Translations under genes and position numbers: made by a program
In this document: piece by piece, positions 7,290 through 15,353 of the stretch
Numbering within the stretch: position 1 is the stretch's first letter
Layout: each line of letters begins with the position of its first letter
NCBI RefSeq assembly: GCF_002075285.3
Contig: NZ_CP021983.2
Span: 4,410,001 to 4,442,000, forward strand
DNA: 32,000 nt
From: Halomicronema hongdechloris C2206
GTDB taxonomy: Bacteria; Cyanobacteriota; Cyanobacteriia; Phormidesmidales; Phormidesmidaceae
Direction: 5' to 3'
The notes under the pieces: model-generated
The model's input: only the letters and a program-made list of their open reading frames with translations
Database searches by the model: none
What the model was told of the DNA's origin: nothing

Positions 7290-7691
7290 TCACAAAGAGC
7301 AGTCACGTACCATCACCCGATTAATGCCCCAGAGTTGCCACAGACCGAATATTAGGACGACGGCCCCAACGGCAACAATCGTCAGTCGGCCAGAGCCAGA
7401 TAACACCTCTGAGAAACCAGCAACTCCGACGATTGTCCCGATGACCCATACGAAATCGGCAATGCTGGCGTAGAGCGCTCGCCAAGTCACTAGGTTGGGA
7501 CGAGTTGCTTGGTGAATCAGATCCGCAGCAAATACCACTAGACCCAGACCGACGATCTGGAGCGCCAAGGGAATTTGGATGCCTAGCAGATGGCCGACCC
7601 AAACTGGCGCCGCTATCATCACCCCGGCACAACTCAAAGAAAAGATCGCATTTGAAAGCAGCGCCGTGCGCAGTGGACGTGTATTGCTCAT
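7290..7691 (-). CDS. small integral membrane protein (about 4 TM helices), function unknown
   Basis: The ATG at 7691 is preceded by AGGAGG. Four hydrophobic helices are visible in the translation (MSNTRPLRTALLSNAIFSLSCAGVMIAAPVW...). It is divergent from the MarR gene. Confidence 0.7.
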   Translation of the reverse strand: MSNTRPLRTALLSNAIFSLSCAGVMIAAPVWVGHLLGIQIPLALQIVGLGLVVFAADLIHQATRPNLVTWRALYASIADFVWVIGTIVGVAGFSEVLSGSGRLTIVAVGAVVLIFGLWQLWGINRVMVRDCSL

Positions 7692-7782
7692 GACAACCTC
7701 CTGGCTGGAATGGTGTTTCAGACGCGAGGACAACGCGACATGCATGTAAACTTAGTAGACATAGTAAGCACAGAAAACGCCT

Positions 7783-8250
7783 ATGTCAACATGGTTTACA
7801 CAGCGTGGTATCCCCATGGCCGATAGCCAGTCTCTCAGGTTGGTATTCTGCACGGCGGGAGTGCATGACCACATCACCGAGTACGTTGCTAAACGCCTGC
7901 AGCAGGAAGGGTATGATGCCATCTCTCCTTCCATGCTGAATTTTCTGGGCACTTTGGACTGCGGTGTGAACTATGGCTCAGAAATTGCTCGCAGGCTCAA
8001 CGTTTCCAGGCAAATGGTGGCTAAAACGGTCAAAGAACTCTGCCGGGTTGGCTATTTAGAGCAGGTTCAGGCTAAGGGTAAACAGAAACAGATCGTGTTC
8101 ACGGCGTCAGGAGAAGCCCTGATGTCTAGGGTCAGACATTTGCTGGTTCAGTTAGACGAGGTTCTCTGCAAAAGGTTGGGAGAGGCCACCTTAAATGAGA
8201 CGCTCTCTACCCTCGAGGCCATCCAAGCATTGTTGAGCCCGGAGCTCTGA
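7783..8250 (+). CDS. MarR-family transcriptional regulator
   Basis: The winged-HTH core is GSEIARRLNVSRQMVAKTVKELCRVGYLEQV..KGKQKQIVFTASGEAL. There is an alternative in-frame ATG at 7816. Confidence 0.85.
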   Translation: MSTWFTQRGIPMADSQSLRLVFCTAGVHDHITEYVAKRLQQEGYDAISPSMLNFLGTLDCGVNYGSEIARRLNVSRQMVAKTVKELCRVGYLEQVQAKGKQKQIVFTASGEALMSRVRHLLVQLDEVLCKRLGEATLNETLSTLEAIQALLSPEL

Positions 8251-8392
8251 GAGCTAATTTGCAAAGGAAAGTTGCAGGCGCGGGCTTTCAAGGCTGCTAG
8301 CGACTTGCAGGTGTGTTCGCTATGTTTCTACAAGCCCTGTTCTGAGGACTGTGTAGGCGGTTTGCAAATCACCTTTAACCCTAATGCGCCAG

Positions 8393-8902
8393 TTAACTCG
8401 GTTTGATTACGAGCGAGAGGGTAAACAGGATTGCAGCCCCCAGGGCGGCGACGGTACGGATGTGGTTCCAAAGGGTCCAATTAGTCAGGTATCTGGCCCA
8501 GAGGGTTGCTCCTGCCGCGCTGTCGGGAGCGACCACAGCCAGCGCATCGTTCAGGGGAATGTTACCGGCAATCGTCACACCGATAGTGCCGATCAGGTAC
8601 AGTAAACCGCCAGCCAGCCAATACAGTGAGTCGGAGGTTCCCCACTGGTTCACGGCAACGATCGCCAGCCCCAAGCTCACCAGCCCCGGTCCAAAGAAGG
8701 CGGTCATAAACCAGGGGTTAATCACGGTGATGTTGATGGACTGCATGGTGGCAATGCCCTGCGAGGGTGGCTGCTGGGCCAGAGCCTGCATCACAAACGT
8801 GGAAAAGGCGAAGAAAATACCGGCGGTGAGGGCACTTGCGATCGCAGCAAACAGCACCGCCGGCAAGCGCCAGTTTTCGATGATGATCATTGGATCCTCC
8901 AA
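8393..8902 (-). CDS. DUF1772 (anthrone-oxygenase-like) membrane protein
   Basis: 169 aa with 4 TM helices and the motifs FAFSTFVM.AL and NIPLNDAL..V typical of DUF1772. Confidence 0.78.
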   Translation of the reverse strand: MEDPMIIIENWRLPAVLFAAIASALTAGIFFAFSTFVMQALAQQPPSQGIATMQSINITVINPWFMTAFFGPGLVSLGLAIVAVNQWGTSDSLYWLAGGLLYLIGTIGVTIAGNIPLNDALAVVAPDSAAGATLWARYLTNWTLWNHIRTVAALGAAILFTLSLVIKPS

Positions 8903-9033
8903 AAGGATATGGGGGTTGGTAATCAGTCATGGCATCAGGGTCGGGCAAGGCAGCCAGAGCGCGTACGGATTCCCCGGCTGCCGCCAATAGGGAAGGCTGG
9001 CGTCATCGATGAGGGAGCGATGTCCGTCTTGGG

Positions 9034-9663
9034 TCAATACGACAGACTGGCCGCCTGATGGAGATACGCCTCGCTCCCCAACTGCTGCAAGATAAAGTCC
9101 GCCACATCGGCCCGTGAAATTTTGAGCTGCGAACTCTTGTCCGTACCAGGAAAGCCGTGGCGATACTGCCCGGTGCGGGGTCCCGCCACAAATGCCCCCG
9201 GACGCACAATCGTCCAGTCCAAATGACTGTTTTGTACGGTCTGTTCTTGGCGCTCATGATCGGCAAACACGTTTCGCAAAATCAGGCCAAACATGACGGT
9301 CTTCCAGTAAACGTTGAGGCTGCCCCAGCTTTCCCCTGCCCCTAGGGTGGTTTGGCAAATGAACCGGCGAATGCCGGATTGCTCCATGGCCTGAACGATG
9401 TGTCGGGTGCCTTGCGATCGCACCGTGCCCGTGAGCTTCTGCCCCGACCCGAGGATACAGATCACCGCATCCTGCCCCTGGACCGCCTGTTGCACCGTCG
9501 GCAGATCCATCACATCGCCCTGAAATACCGCGAGGTTGGGATGCTGCACCGCGAGCTTATCAGGGGTGCGGGCAAACGCGGTGACCCTATGGCCCTGTGC
9601 CAAGGCCTGGTCCACCAGCTGCCGACCCACCCCGCCCGTGGCGCCAAAAATTAGTAGTTTCAT
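9034..9663 (-). CDS. NAD(P)H-binding oxidoreductase (atypical SDR, flavin-reductase/BVR-B-like)
   Basis: MKLLIFGATGGVGRQLVDQAL Rossmann start with ATG at 9663. The track ORF extends 10 codons further upstream. Confidence 0.88.
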   Translation of the reverse strand: MKLLIFGATGGVGRQLVDQALAQGHRVTAFARTPDKLAVQHPNLAVFQGDVMDLPTVQQAVQGQDAVICILGSGQKLTGTVRSQGTRHIVQAMEQSGIRRFICQTTLGAGESWGSLNVYWKTVMFGLILRNVFADHERQEQTVQNSHLDWTIVRPGAFVAGPRTGQYRHGFPGTDKSSQLKISRADVADFILQQLGSEAYLHQAASLSY

Positions 9664-9827
9664 CAGGGTTACTCCCGAAGAGGACATCTCCAACTTACGG
9701 AGATGGCCCCGGCGCAGCTATCTGTTTTTTGCGTTTCTGGCACAATCTTGCCAGCTGTTTGGTGTGGCCTCGAACCGGCCCCCTGAAAACTTTCGCCTAT
9801 GATGAGAAGGCAGCTTGGGTTCGCGCC

Positions 9828-10703
9828 ATGCCACAGCCTGCTACACCAATAGTTGCCGCCAATGACGCCCTCTCCCTGGTTCCCGAGCCGCAAAGCCAGG
9901 GAAACATTGTCGTCGAACGGTTTCAGAATTCACCCGGAGAGGGGAACTGCCATTTTGAGGCGGAACATACGCTGTTTATGTTCCTGGCCCCGCGCCCGAT
10001 TCACTATCTGCAACGCCAGGACGGCAAGACTCACACCGGATTGTATCGCCAGGGAGACGTCAGTCTGGCCCCCGCGGATACGCCGTTTTTTGCCCGCTGG
10101 GATGGCGAGGAACAGATCGTGCGGATTCGACTTGCAAAGGGGTTTGTGCAACGGGTGGCGGCTGAAACCCTGGAACACGATGGGGACCGCCTGACGCTGC
10201 AGCCGGAATTTCAGAGTCGCAATGCCCAATTGGAGGCCATCGCGACTCTACTTTTGGCCGAAACGCACCCAACCCCGTCCAGCAGTGCCCTGTATCTGGA
10301 CTCCCTAGCCCATGTCTTGGCGGTGAATCTGCTCCGGCACCACGCCACCACGCATCCCCAGGTGCCTAGGTATGAAGGCGGTTTGTTGCCCCGCCAACTC
10401 AACCCTGTGTTGGACTACATCGACACCTATTTGCATGACGACATCAAACTGGTGGACCTGGCTCAGTTGCTCAACATGAGTCCCTTTCATTTCAGTCGTC
10501 TCTTCAAGCAATCGACTGGCCTCTCACCCCACCAATACCTGATTCAACAGCGGGTAGAGCGGGCAAAGTGGTTGTTGAAGCACAGCGATCGGCCCATTAT
10601 AGATATCGCTTTGGCGTGCGGCTTCAATAGCCACAGTCATCTCAGCAAGCAGTTTCGTCAGCTGACAGGTATGACACCAAAAGTGTATAGGGTAGGGTGT
10701 TAG
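9828..10703 (+). CDS. AraC-family transcriptional regulator
   Basis: C-terminal double HTH: LVDLAQLLNMSPFHFSRLFKQSTGLSPHQYLIQQRVERAKWLL...IALACGFNSHSHLSKQFRQLTGMTPKVYR. The ATG at 9828 avoids overlap with the divergent gene. The track start at 9597 lies inside that gene. Confidence 0.9.
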   Translation: MPQPATPIVAANDALSLVPEPQSQGNIVVERFQNSPGEGNCHFEAEHTLFMFLAPRPIHYLQRQDGKTHTGLYRQGDVSLAPADTPFFARWDGEEQIVRIRLAKGFVQRVAAETLEHDGDRLTLQPEFQSRNAQLEAIATLLLAETHPTPSSSALYLDSLAHVLAVNLLRHHATTHPQVPRYEGGLLPRQLNPVLDYIDTYLHDDIKLVDLAQLLNMSPFHFSRLFKQSTGLSPHQYLIQQRVERAKWLLKHSDRPIIDIALACGFNSHSHLSKQFRQLTGMTPKVYRVGC

Positions 10704-10730
10704 AACTGGTTGAGGAATGTGTTCAATCTT

Positions 10731-10943
10731 CTAACTAGCGGTCGCAAAAGCTTGCTGAACACTTTCAGGCACTTCAATCTCTGCAAAGTAGTTAGCAGGG
10801 TATAGATAATCTTCACCAGACTCATCAATAATCCGTAGCATTTGGCACTGGCTAGCCTGCTCATCTTCTAGCACTTGATAGAGTTTTCGGATTTCTAGAG
10901 AAGCAGGATAGGCTTGGTTATTAATGCAGACGACAAATTTCAT
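10731..10943 (-). CDS. conserved hypothetical small protein (second gene of a low-GC pair)
   Basis: MKFVVCINNQAYPASLEIRKLYQVLEDEQA...IDESGEDYLYPANYF. The ATG at 10943 is 4 nt after the upstream stop. I recognise no catalytic motif. Confidence 0.5.
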   Translation of the reverse strand: MKFVVCINNQAYPASLEIRKLYQVLEDEQASQCQMLRIIDESGEDYLYPANYFAEIEVPESVQQAFATAS

Positions 10944-10947
10944 AGGG

Positions 10948-11181
10948 TTACTCCAGAAAACGTTTGATTTTGAACTCTTTTTTGCCAATATTGTGGGCTT
11001 CGTACCAGTGCAGCTCTGCTCGACAAATGGAGCCATCGTCAAGACTGATAGTGGCAATGCCCTTCAATTTTCGCCAGCGTCCTGTTCCATAGGCTTTGCG
11101 AAGCCGTTCGACTTCACGAATAGAATTGCCAACGGCGATAACTTCAATGTCGGTAATCTCTCCTAGAGTTTCAAAGTTCAA
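10948..11181 (-). CDS. hypothetical small protein (first gene of the pair); only a TTG start is available
   Basis: 77 aa ending AELHWYEAHNIGKKEFKIKRFLE. The frame is open from 11202 but has no ATG or GTG before the TTG at 11181, so it could be a 5'-truncated fragment. Confidence 0.45.
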   Translation of the reverse strand: MNFETLGEITDIEVIAVGNSIREVERLRKAYGTGRWRKLKGIATISLDDGSICRAELHWYEAHNIGKKEFKIKRFLE

Positions 11182-11279
11182 TTTAGCGTTATCCCCAAAG
11201 CGTCAGGGTAGATTAATGGAGTCTAGTCACTTCCTTTCGTAAATTATGCTTAAGGCCATCGGCAATTGAGTTAAGCAAG

Positions 11280-12062
11280 TCAGTCAGGGGCGCTGGCCGT
11301 GCTGGTGTACAGTGCGATCGCAAGGGTCTGTCCCAAGCGCTGGTGCTGTTCTGCCGACAGATGAATGCCATCCCAGCCGGCGGTGACACCAATGATCTCA
11401 GTCGCATCCAAAAACGGGACTGCAGCGGCCTCAGCCACTGCCGCATAGGCCGCTGCAAATCCCTGGGAGGTTCTCTCAGCGTCGCTAAACGCCGCGGCCA
11501 TCTCAGGATGAGGCATGTTCCCGATGCGAGGGGGAGCCACGATCAGTACCCGTGGGGCGTCGTAGGTGTTGGCAACGCTGCCGCCAGAGTCGTGCACGAT
11601 GTCGATCAGGGGTGCGATCGCAGCCGCGGCTTCCGTCGCCGTGCGATGAAACGGCGCCCTCAGGTCATTGGTGCCCAGCATAATCACCACCCAATCCAGC
11701 GGTGCATGGGCTGCCAGCAGGCCGGGCAGGGTGCGAGCGCCATTGAAGCCGCCACCGGCCACCAGGTCGATGGCCTCGGGGAAATCCAGGTTAGTGGTGC
11801 GGTTGTTGAGCCCGTTCTCGATAATGTCGAATTCAGGGCCGAGCTCGCGTTGCATCACCCCTGGAAACCGCTGTTCGCTCAGAAAGCGAGTGGTGGGAAA
11901 TCCAGATTCGGTGGGCACCCAGCCCCAGGTATTGGAGTCGCCATACACCAGGACTCTCACTGGAGTGTCAGGGGAGTCTGAGTGAACGGATCGAGTGGTT
12001 AATGTCAACGTTGTTACGGTCGCGATCAGCAGAGCGATCGCCCGTTTGAGGGGGCTGGTCAT
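11280..12062 (-). CDS. secreted SGNH/GDSL-family hydrolase (esterase/lipase)
   Basis: Signal-peptide-like N-terminus, block I VLVYGDSNTWGW, block III GTND, and a C-terminal DGIHLS (the DxxH catalytic pair). Confidence 0.88.
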   Translation of the reverse strand: MTSPLKRAIALLIATVTTLTLTTRSVHSDSPDTPVRVLVYGDSNTWGWVPTESGFPTTRFLSEQRFPGVMQRELGPEFDIIENGLNNRTTNLDFPEAIDLVAGGGFNGARTLPGLLAAHAPLDWVVIMLGTNDLRAPFHRTATEAAAAIAPLIDIVHDSGGSVANTYDAPRVLIVAPPRIGNMPHPEMAAAFSDAERTSQGFAAAYAAVAEAAAVPFLDATEIIGVTAGWDGIHLSAEQHQRLGQTLAIALYTSTASAPD

Positions 12063-12165
12063 GGTTTAACCTCTTGAATATGTGCTCTGGTGTAGCCTCT
12101 GAGCGGTTATTTTTGTAAGCAGTAGAAGGGCTGTGTGATTGCACTTTCTACCTGCTGGAGAGCTT

Positions 12166-12630
12166 TCAGTTACTGGAATGGGGTGAAACGTCGACTATGG
12201 GATTGCGTTGATTGCCGCGGAAAATAGCGATGCGTTCCTGGTCGGCACTGGTGTAGTCCGGGTCAACGTAGATAAACACGCGCCGAATGAGGTCGCCTCG
12301 AAACTCGAAAACGTTGCAGAAACGCCCCTCCGAGATCAGGCCATCGGGCCAGCGTACGTCATTTCGGGTAACTCCACGTTCGGTACCTTCCACCACAACG
12401 GAGTCGCCCGCAACGATGTAGTTGAAGTTCTCAATGTCGTGCTCAAGTCGCTCCAGATGGCGACCCATAATCTCCGAAAACTGGATCATGTCGGCTTTGC
12501 CGTAGCCGAAGCCAAATTTGGGAAAGAACATCTGAACGTCTTCAGTGAACAGATCGAAGACGGTGGCGTCTTTGGCATCAATTTTTCTGAAATAAGCTTC
12601 GACAATCCTGATTCGTTCTTTCGGATTCAT
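12166..12630 (-). CDS. NTF2-like / SnoaL-family protein
   Basis: 154 aa. IVEAYFRKIDAKD...LFTEDV...VAGDSVVVEGTERG...FEFRGDLIRRVFIYVD is the cone-fold pattern of SnoaL-like proteins. Confidence 0.78.
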   Translation of the reverse strand: MNPKERIRIVEAYFRKIDAKDATVFDLFTEDVQMFFPKFGFGYGKADMIQFSEIMGRHLERLEHDIENFNYIVAGDSVVVEGTERGVTRNDVRWPDGLISEGRFCNVFEFRGDLIRRVFIYVDPDYTSADQERIAIFRGNQRNPIVDVSPHSSN

Positions 12631-12749
12631 GTCAGTATTTGTTCAACCTCTTCTAGGCTTGACAAAGTGAAAATGGTCTATAAGATGTGTGATTTTATCA
12701 TCAAAAACTCGCTTTCCAGAAGCATTAAAAATTTGAATCTCTGGATTGT

Positions 12750-13283
12750 TTAGAAATGAATTTCCTGTGCATTATTTTCACTCTCGCCAATGGCCTTTGC
12801 CACCGCAAAGCCATCTTCAAAGATTCTGTAACGGGTTATTAAGCTACCTTGCACGGAAAACTCGAATGCGAATTCACTTTTAATTATCTTGCCTGTGCTT
12901 TTTACCAGTGTTTCTAGTGCGCCTAGTGCGATCCCTTGATGGCCTTCGACGACAATCGAGCGAATGTCGAACTTAATCGGTTCAGTGTATGAACGCAGCT
13001 CTTGAATAAAATCTACAACGCCACTACGTCCATGTCTGCGACCAATCCACGGGACAATGTCAACAGCACCAGGGATATAAAAGTCGACATCCTCGCTGAA
13101 TAAAGATGCAATCAATTCTGGCTCCGCATCTGCATAAACCATCTTGAAATATTGGCTCACTACACTTCGAGTCATTGTCTGTTGCACCGTTGCATTCTTC
13201 AGTAATTCATTTCGAGACGTTGGAGCATTGCCTAACTCAGTTGAGAACGTGTCCGAAAGTCTTTGGTTCTTGAAAAATTCCAC
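12750..13283 (-). CDS. NTF2-like / SnoaL-family protein in a low-GC segment; start uncertain
   Basis: VVSQYFKMVYADAEPELIASLFSEDVDFYIPG...VVEGHQGIALG...FEFSVQGSLITRYRIFED. The track start is a GTG at 13283, with an internal ATG at 13175. Confidence 0.65.
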   Translation of the reverse strand: MEFFKNQRLSDTFSTELGNAPTSRNELLKNATVQQTMTRSVVSQYFKMVYADAEPELIASLFSEDVDFYIPGAVDIVPWIGRRHGRSGVVDFIQELRSYTEPIKFDIRSIVVEGHQGIALGALETLVKSTGKIIKSEFAFEFSVQGSLITRYRIFEDGFAVAKAIGESENNAQEIHF

Positions 13284-13335
13284 CTCAGGGCTCCTCTTGA
13301 TTTTGGAATTGACATGTATAGCAATCCCAGTTGAT

Positions 13336-13872
13336 TTATGAACAAGGTGAATATTCTTCTATTTTAGAAAAATCGAACTTTTGATGATCTATAAAGAACT
13401 CAAACAGATACTTTACAGCGGGGAAAGAACGACACAACCTCCAAAATCTTCTCAATGAATTTTTGGCTTGTAACCAAACATCTTCCACTGGATTTTGTTC
13501 TGGTGAATTGGGTGCAAATAGAATACATTTGAATTGCCATTCTGTCTCTTCCTTCCCATGATTGACTGTAGCTAAAAAATCTTTGATCTCTTGTGACTTA
13601 TGATAACTAGCGCCATCCCAAATTAATGCGATTTGCTTCCCAGGATTTTGTTCCTGCAAGTACTTCATAAAAGCAACTGTATTCTCTCCATTCCCTTTCT
13701 CGTAAGGATGCAAAATAAATTCTTTTGTTTGATAGTTTAATGCGCCATAATATGTTTGCCTGATTCTCTCGTTTGTAATAGGGATTTCGATTCGCATATC
13801 TGTCTTGCCCCAGACATATCCACAAACATCACCCCAAAGGAGATGACACTCATCCAAAAAAAGTACAATCAA
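13336..13872 (-). CDS. IS630 transposase, DDE catalytic part (orfB frame)
   Basis: LFLDECHLLWGD ... LIWDGASYHKS ... FAPNSPEQNPVEDVW is the DDE (D,D,35E-type) signature. The frame stays open upstream as far as the A9 run at 13909-13917. Confidence 0.88.
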   Translation of the reverse strand: MIVLFLDECHLLWGDVCGYVWGKTDMRIEIPITNERIRQTYYGALNYQTKEFILHPYEKGNGENTVAFMKYLQEQNPGKQIALIWDGASYHKSQEIKDFLATVNHGKEETEWQFKCILFAPNSPEQNPVEDVWLQAKNSLRRFWRLCRSFPAVKYLFEFFIDHQKFDFSKIEEYSPCS

Positions 13873-14453
13873 TTCCCCAGACTCAATTTTGAACTGGTTT
13901 TGACGGATAAATCCTTGGATTTCTTCTCTTTTTTTTTGACTAGAGCTGGATCAGATTTCGGGTTGGTTTTTTGAGATTTCTTCCAACTAATACCTGCTTC
14001 CGAAAAAAGTGTATAGTAGCTTTGCTTAGACTTGTAAATCACATCATAATGTTCATCTAAATATGAAACTAATTCATCAAAGTTCCAGTAGTTTCTGGTT
14101 CTCAGCCACGAGATAATTTCTGTACGATCATCTGGGGTTAGGTAACTTTTTGATCCTTGGTAGCCGAGTTTAATACCTTCAATGCCTTGTGCTTCGAATC
14201 TGTTCTTCCAATATGTAATAAAAGACTTGTTTATTCCCAGAAATTTGGTAATCTTAAAATATGGCTCACCCTCCAATGCCATTTTTACAGCCAATGCTCG
14301 CTTAAGCTCTCTTGAATCAGGATTACTACTTATAAAGTCTGATAGAATAGCACGATTATCTACTTTTTGTTGGTGTTCTAATTGAAAACTATTCATGAGT
14401 ACAACTGTATTGACAGCTTGATGATATTTATATACTACCCATTCTAAACTCAT
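13869..14453 (-). CDS. IS630 transposase, N-terminal HTH part (orfA frame)
   Basis: Paired HTH / winged-helix-like segments (ALAVKMALEGEPYFKITKFLGINKSFITYWKNRFEAQGIEGI). It ends KKKEKKSK... and then stops 40 nt after the A9 run. Confidence 0.85.
   Translation of the reverse strand: MSLEWVVYKYHQAVNTVVLMNSFQLEHQQKVDNRAILSDFISSNPDSRELKRALAVKMALEGEPYFKITKFLGINKSFITYWKNRFEAQGIEGIKLGYQGSKSYLTPDDRTEIISWLRTRNYWNFDELVSYLDEHYDVIYKSKQSYYTLFSEAGISWKKSQKTNPKSDPALVKKKEKKSKDLSVKTSSKLSLGN
13909..13917 (-). promoter_or_regulatory. A9 slippery run: candidate -1 frameshift or transcriptional slippage site joining orfA to orfB
   Basis: On the minus strand, GTC AAA AAA AAA GAG. Shifting -1 gives KKREEIQGFIRQNQFKIESGELIVLFLDECH, which reads straight into the DDE domain. 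Confidence 0.55.
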
Positions 14454-14462
14454 TTAGGGTTG

Positions 14463-15326
14463 CTATATCAGTGATGGCATCAAATTCAGGGCAGCATCCG
14501 GATGCAAGGGTTGGCTCATCAAAATTGAAAGGCTAATAGTAGCGATCAGGAGAACAGCCACTCTTTGAATGAGGGCATCGGCACCCAAGACCAGTCGCAG
14601 CGGTGGATCGGGGTGATCGACTACTTGCATCATGGCAGCGGCAGCCTTTTGAGGATCGCCCGGTTGCTGACCATGCATCTGACGTAGCCAGTGCATCATC
14701 TGACCGCTGGTTTCGGCATAATCCTGGATTGTCTGTGCCGGCGAGCGGAGTACGCCATTGAAGGCCGTGCGGAACGCGCCGGGCTCGACAATCGTGACGC
14801 GAATGCCCAGCGGGGCAACTTCCTGGGCCAACGCTTCTGACCATCCCTCCAGGGCAAATTTTGACGCACCGTAAATGCCGGCACCAGGAAAGCCCACAAA
14901 GCCGCCACTAGAGGAGATATTTAGAATGTGACCGGAGCGCTGGCGACGCAGATGGGGCAGCAGGGCACACGTCACCTCCAACGCCCCATAGACGTTCGTT
15001 TCAAATTGTTGTCTGACAGCTGGAGCGGTCACTTCCTCCACCGCTCCGAACACACCGTATCCAGCATTGTTCACCAGCACGTCGACGTGGCCAAAGGCTT
15101 GCAGAGCGTGCATGACAGCCGTCTGTATGGCAAAGGGTTGGGTGACATCCAGGGGCAGCGCCAGGAGGCGATCGCCATACTGCTGCACTAAATCGGTCAG
15201 ACGTTCCGGCTTACGGGCGGTAGCAACAACGCTGTCGCCAAGTTCCAGTACTGTTTCGGTTAGCGCGCGGCCCAACCCTCTGGAACTGCCGGTGATGAAC
15301 CAAATTCTTGGTTGTTGTGTAGTCAT
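14463..15326 (-). CDS. classical short-chain dehydrogenase/reductase (SDR)
   Basis: WFITGSSRGLG (TGxxxGxG), NNAG, and YGASKFALE (YxxxK). The ATG at 15326 is preceded by GGAGAT. The stop TAG (14463-14465) lies in the last 3 nt of the IS630 terminus. Confidence 0.88.
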   Translation of the reverse strand: MTTQQPRIWFITGSSRGLGRALTETVLELGDSVVATARKPERLTDLVQQYGDRLLALPLDVTQPFAIQTAVMHALQAFGHVDVLVNNAGYGVFGAVEEVTAPAVRQQFETNVYGALEVTCALLPHLRRQRSGHILNISSSGGFVGFPGAGIYGASKFALEGWSEALAQEVAPLGIRVTIVEPGAFRTAFNGVLRSPAQTIQDYAETSGQMMHWLRQMHGQQPGDPQKAAAAMMQVVDHPDPPLRLVLGADALIQRVAVLLIATISLSILMSQPLHPDAALNLMPSLI

Positions 15327-15353
15327 GAGATATCTCCAAAGTTGAGATCGCAC

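Larger units (their letters stand above)
13319..14465 (-). mobile_element. IS630-family insertion sequence
   Basis: Imperfect TIRs TAGCAATCCCAGTTGAT (13319-) and the reverse complement of (-14465), TAGCAACCCTAAATGAG. It is flanked by TA at 13317-13318 and 14466-14467, the TA duplication typical of IS630/Tc1. It has a two-part transposase. Confidence 0.85.

Noticed and set aside
8403-8990. 195-aa plus-strand ORF
   Set aside because: It is antisense to the DUF1772 membrane-protein gene, whose TM-helix pattern is far more convincing.
9597-9827. 77-codon N-terminal extension of the AraC ORF
   Set aside because: It overlaps the 5' end of the divergent NAD(P)H-binding gene and is Pro/Arg-rich. 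The internal ATG at 9828 gives a normal-length AraC protein.
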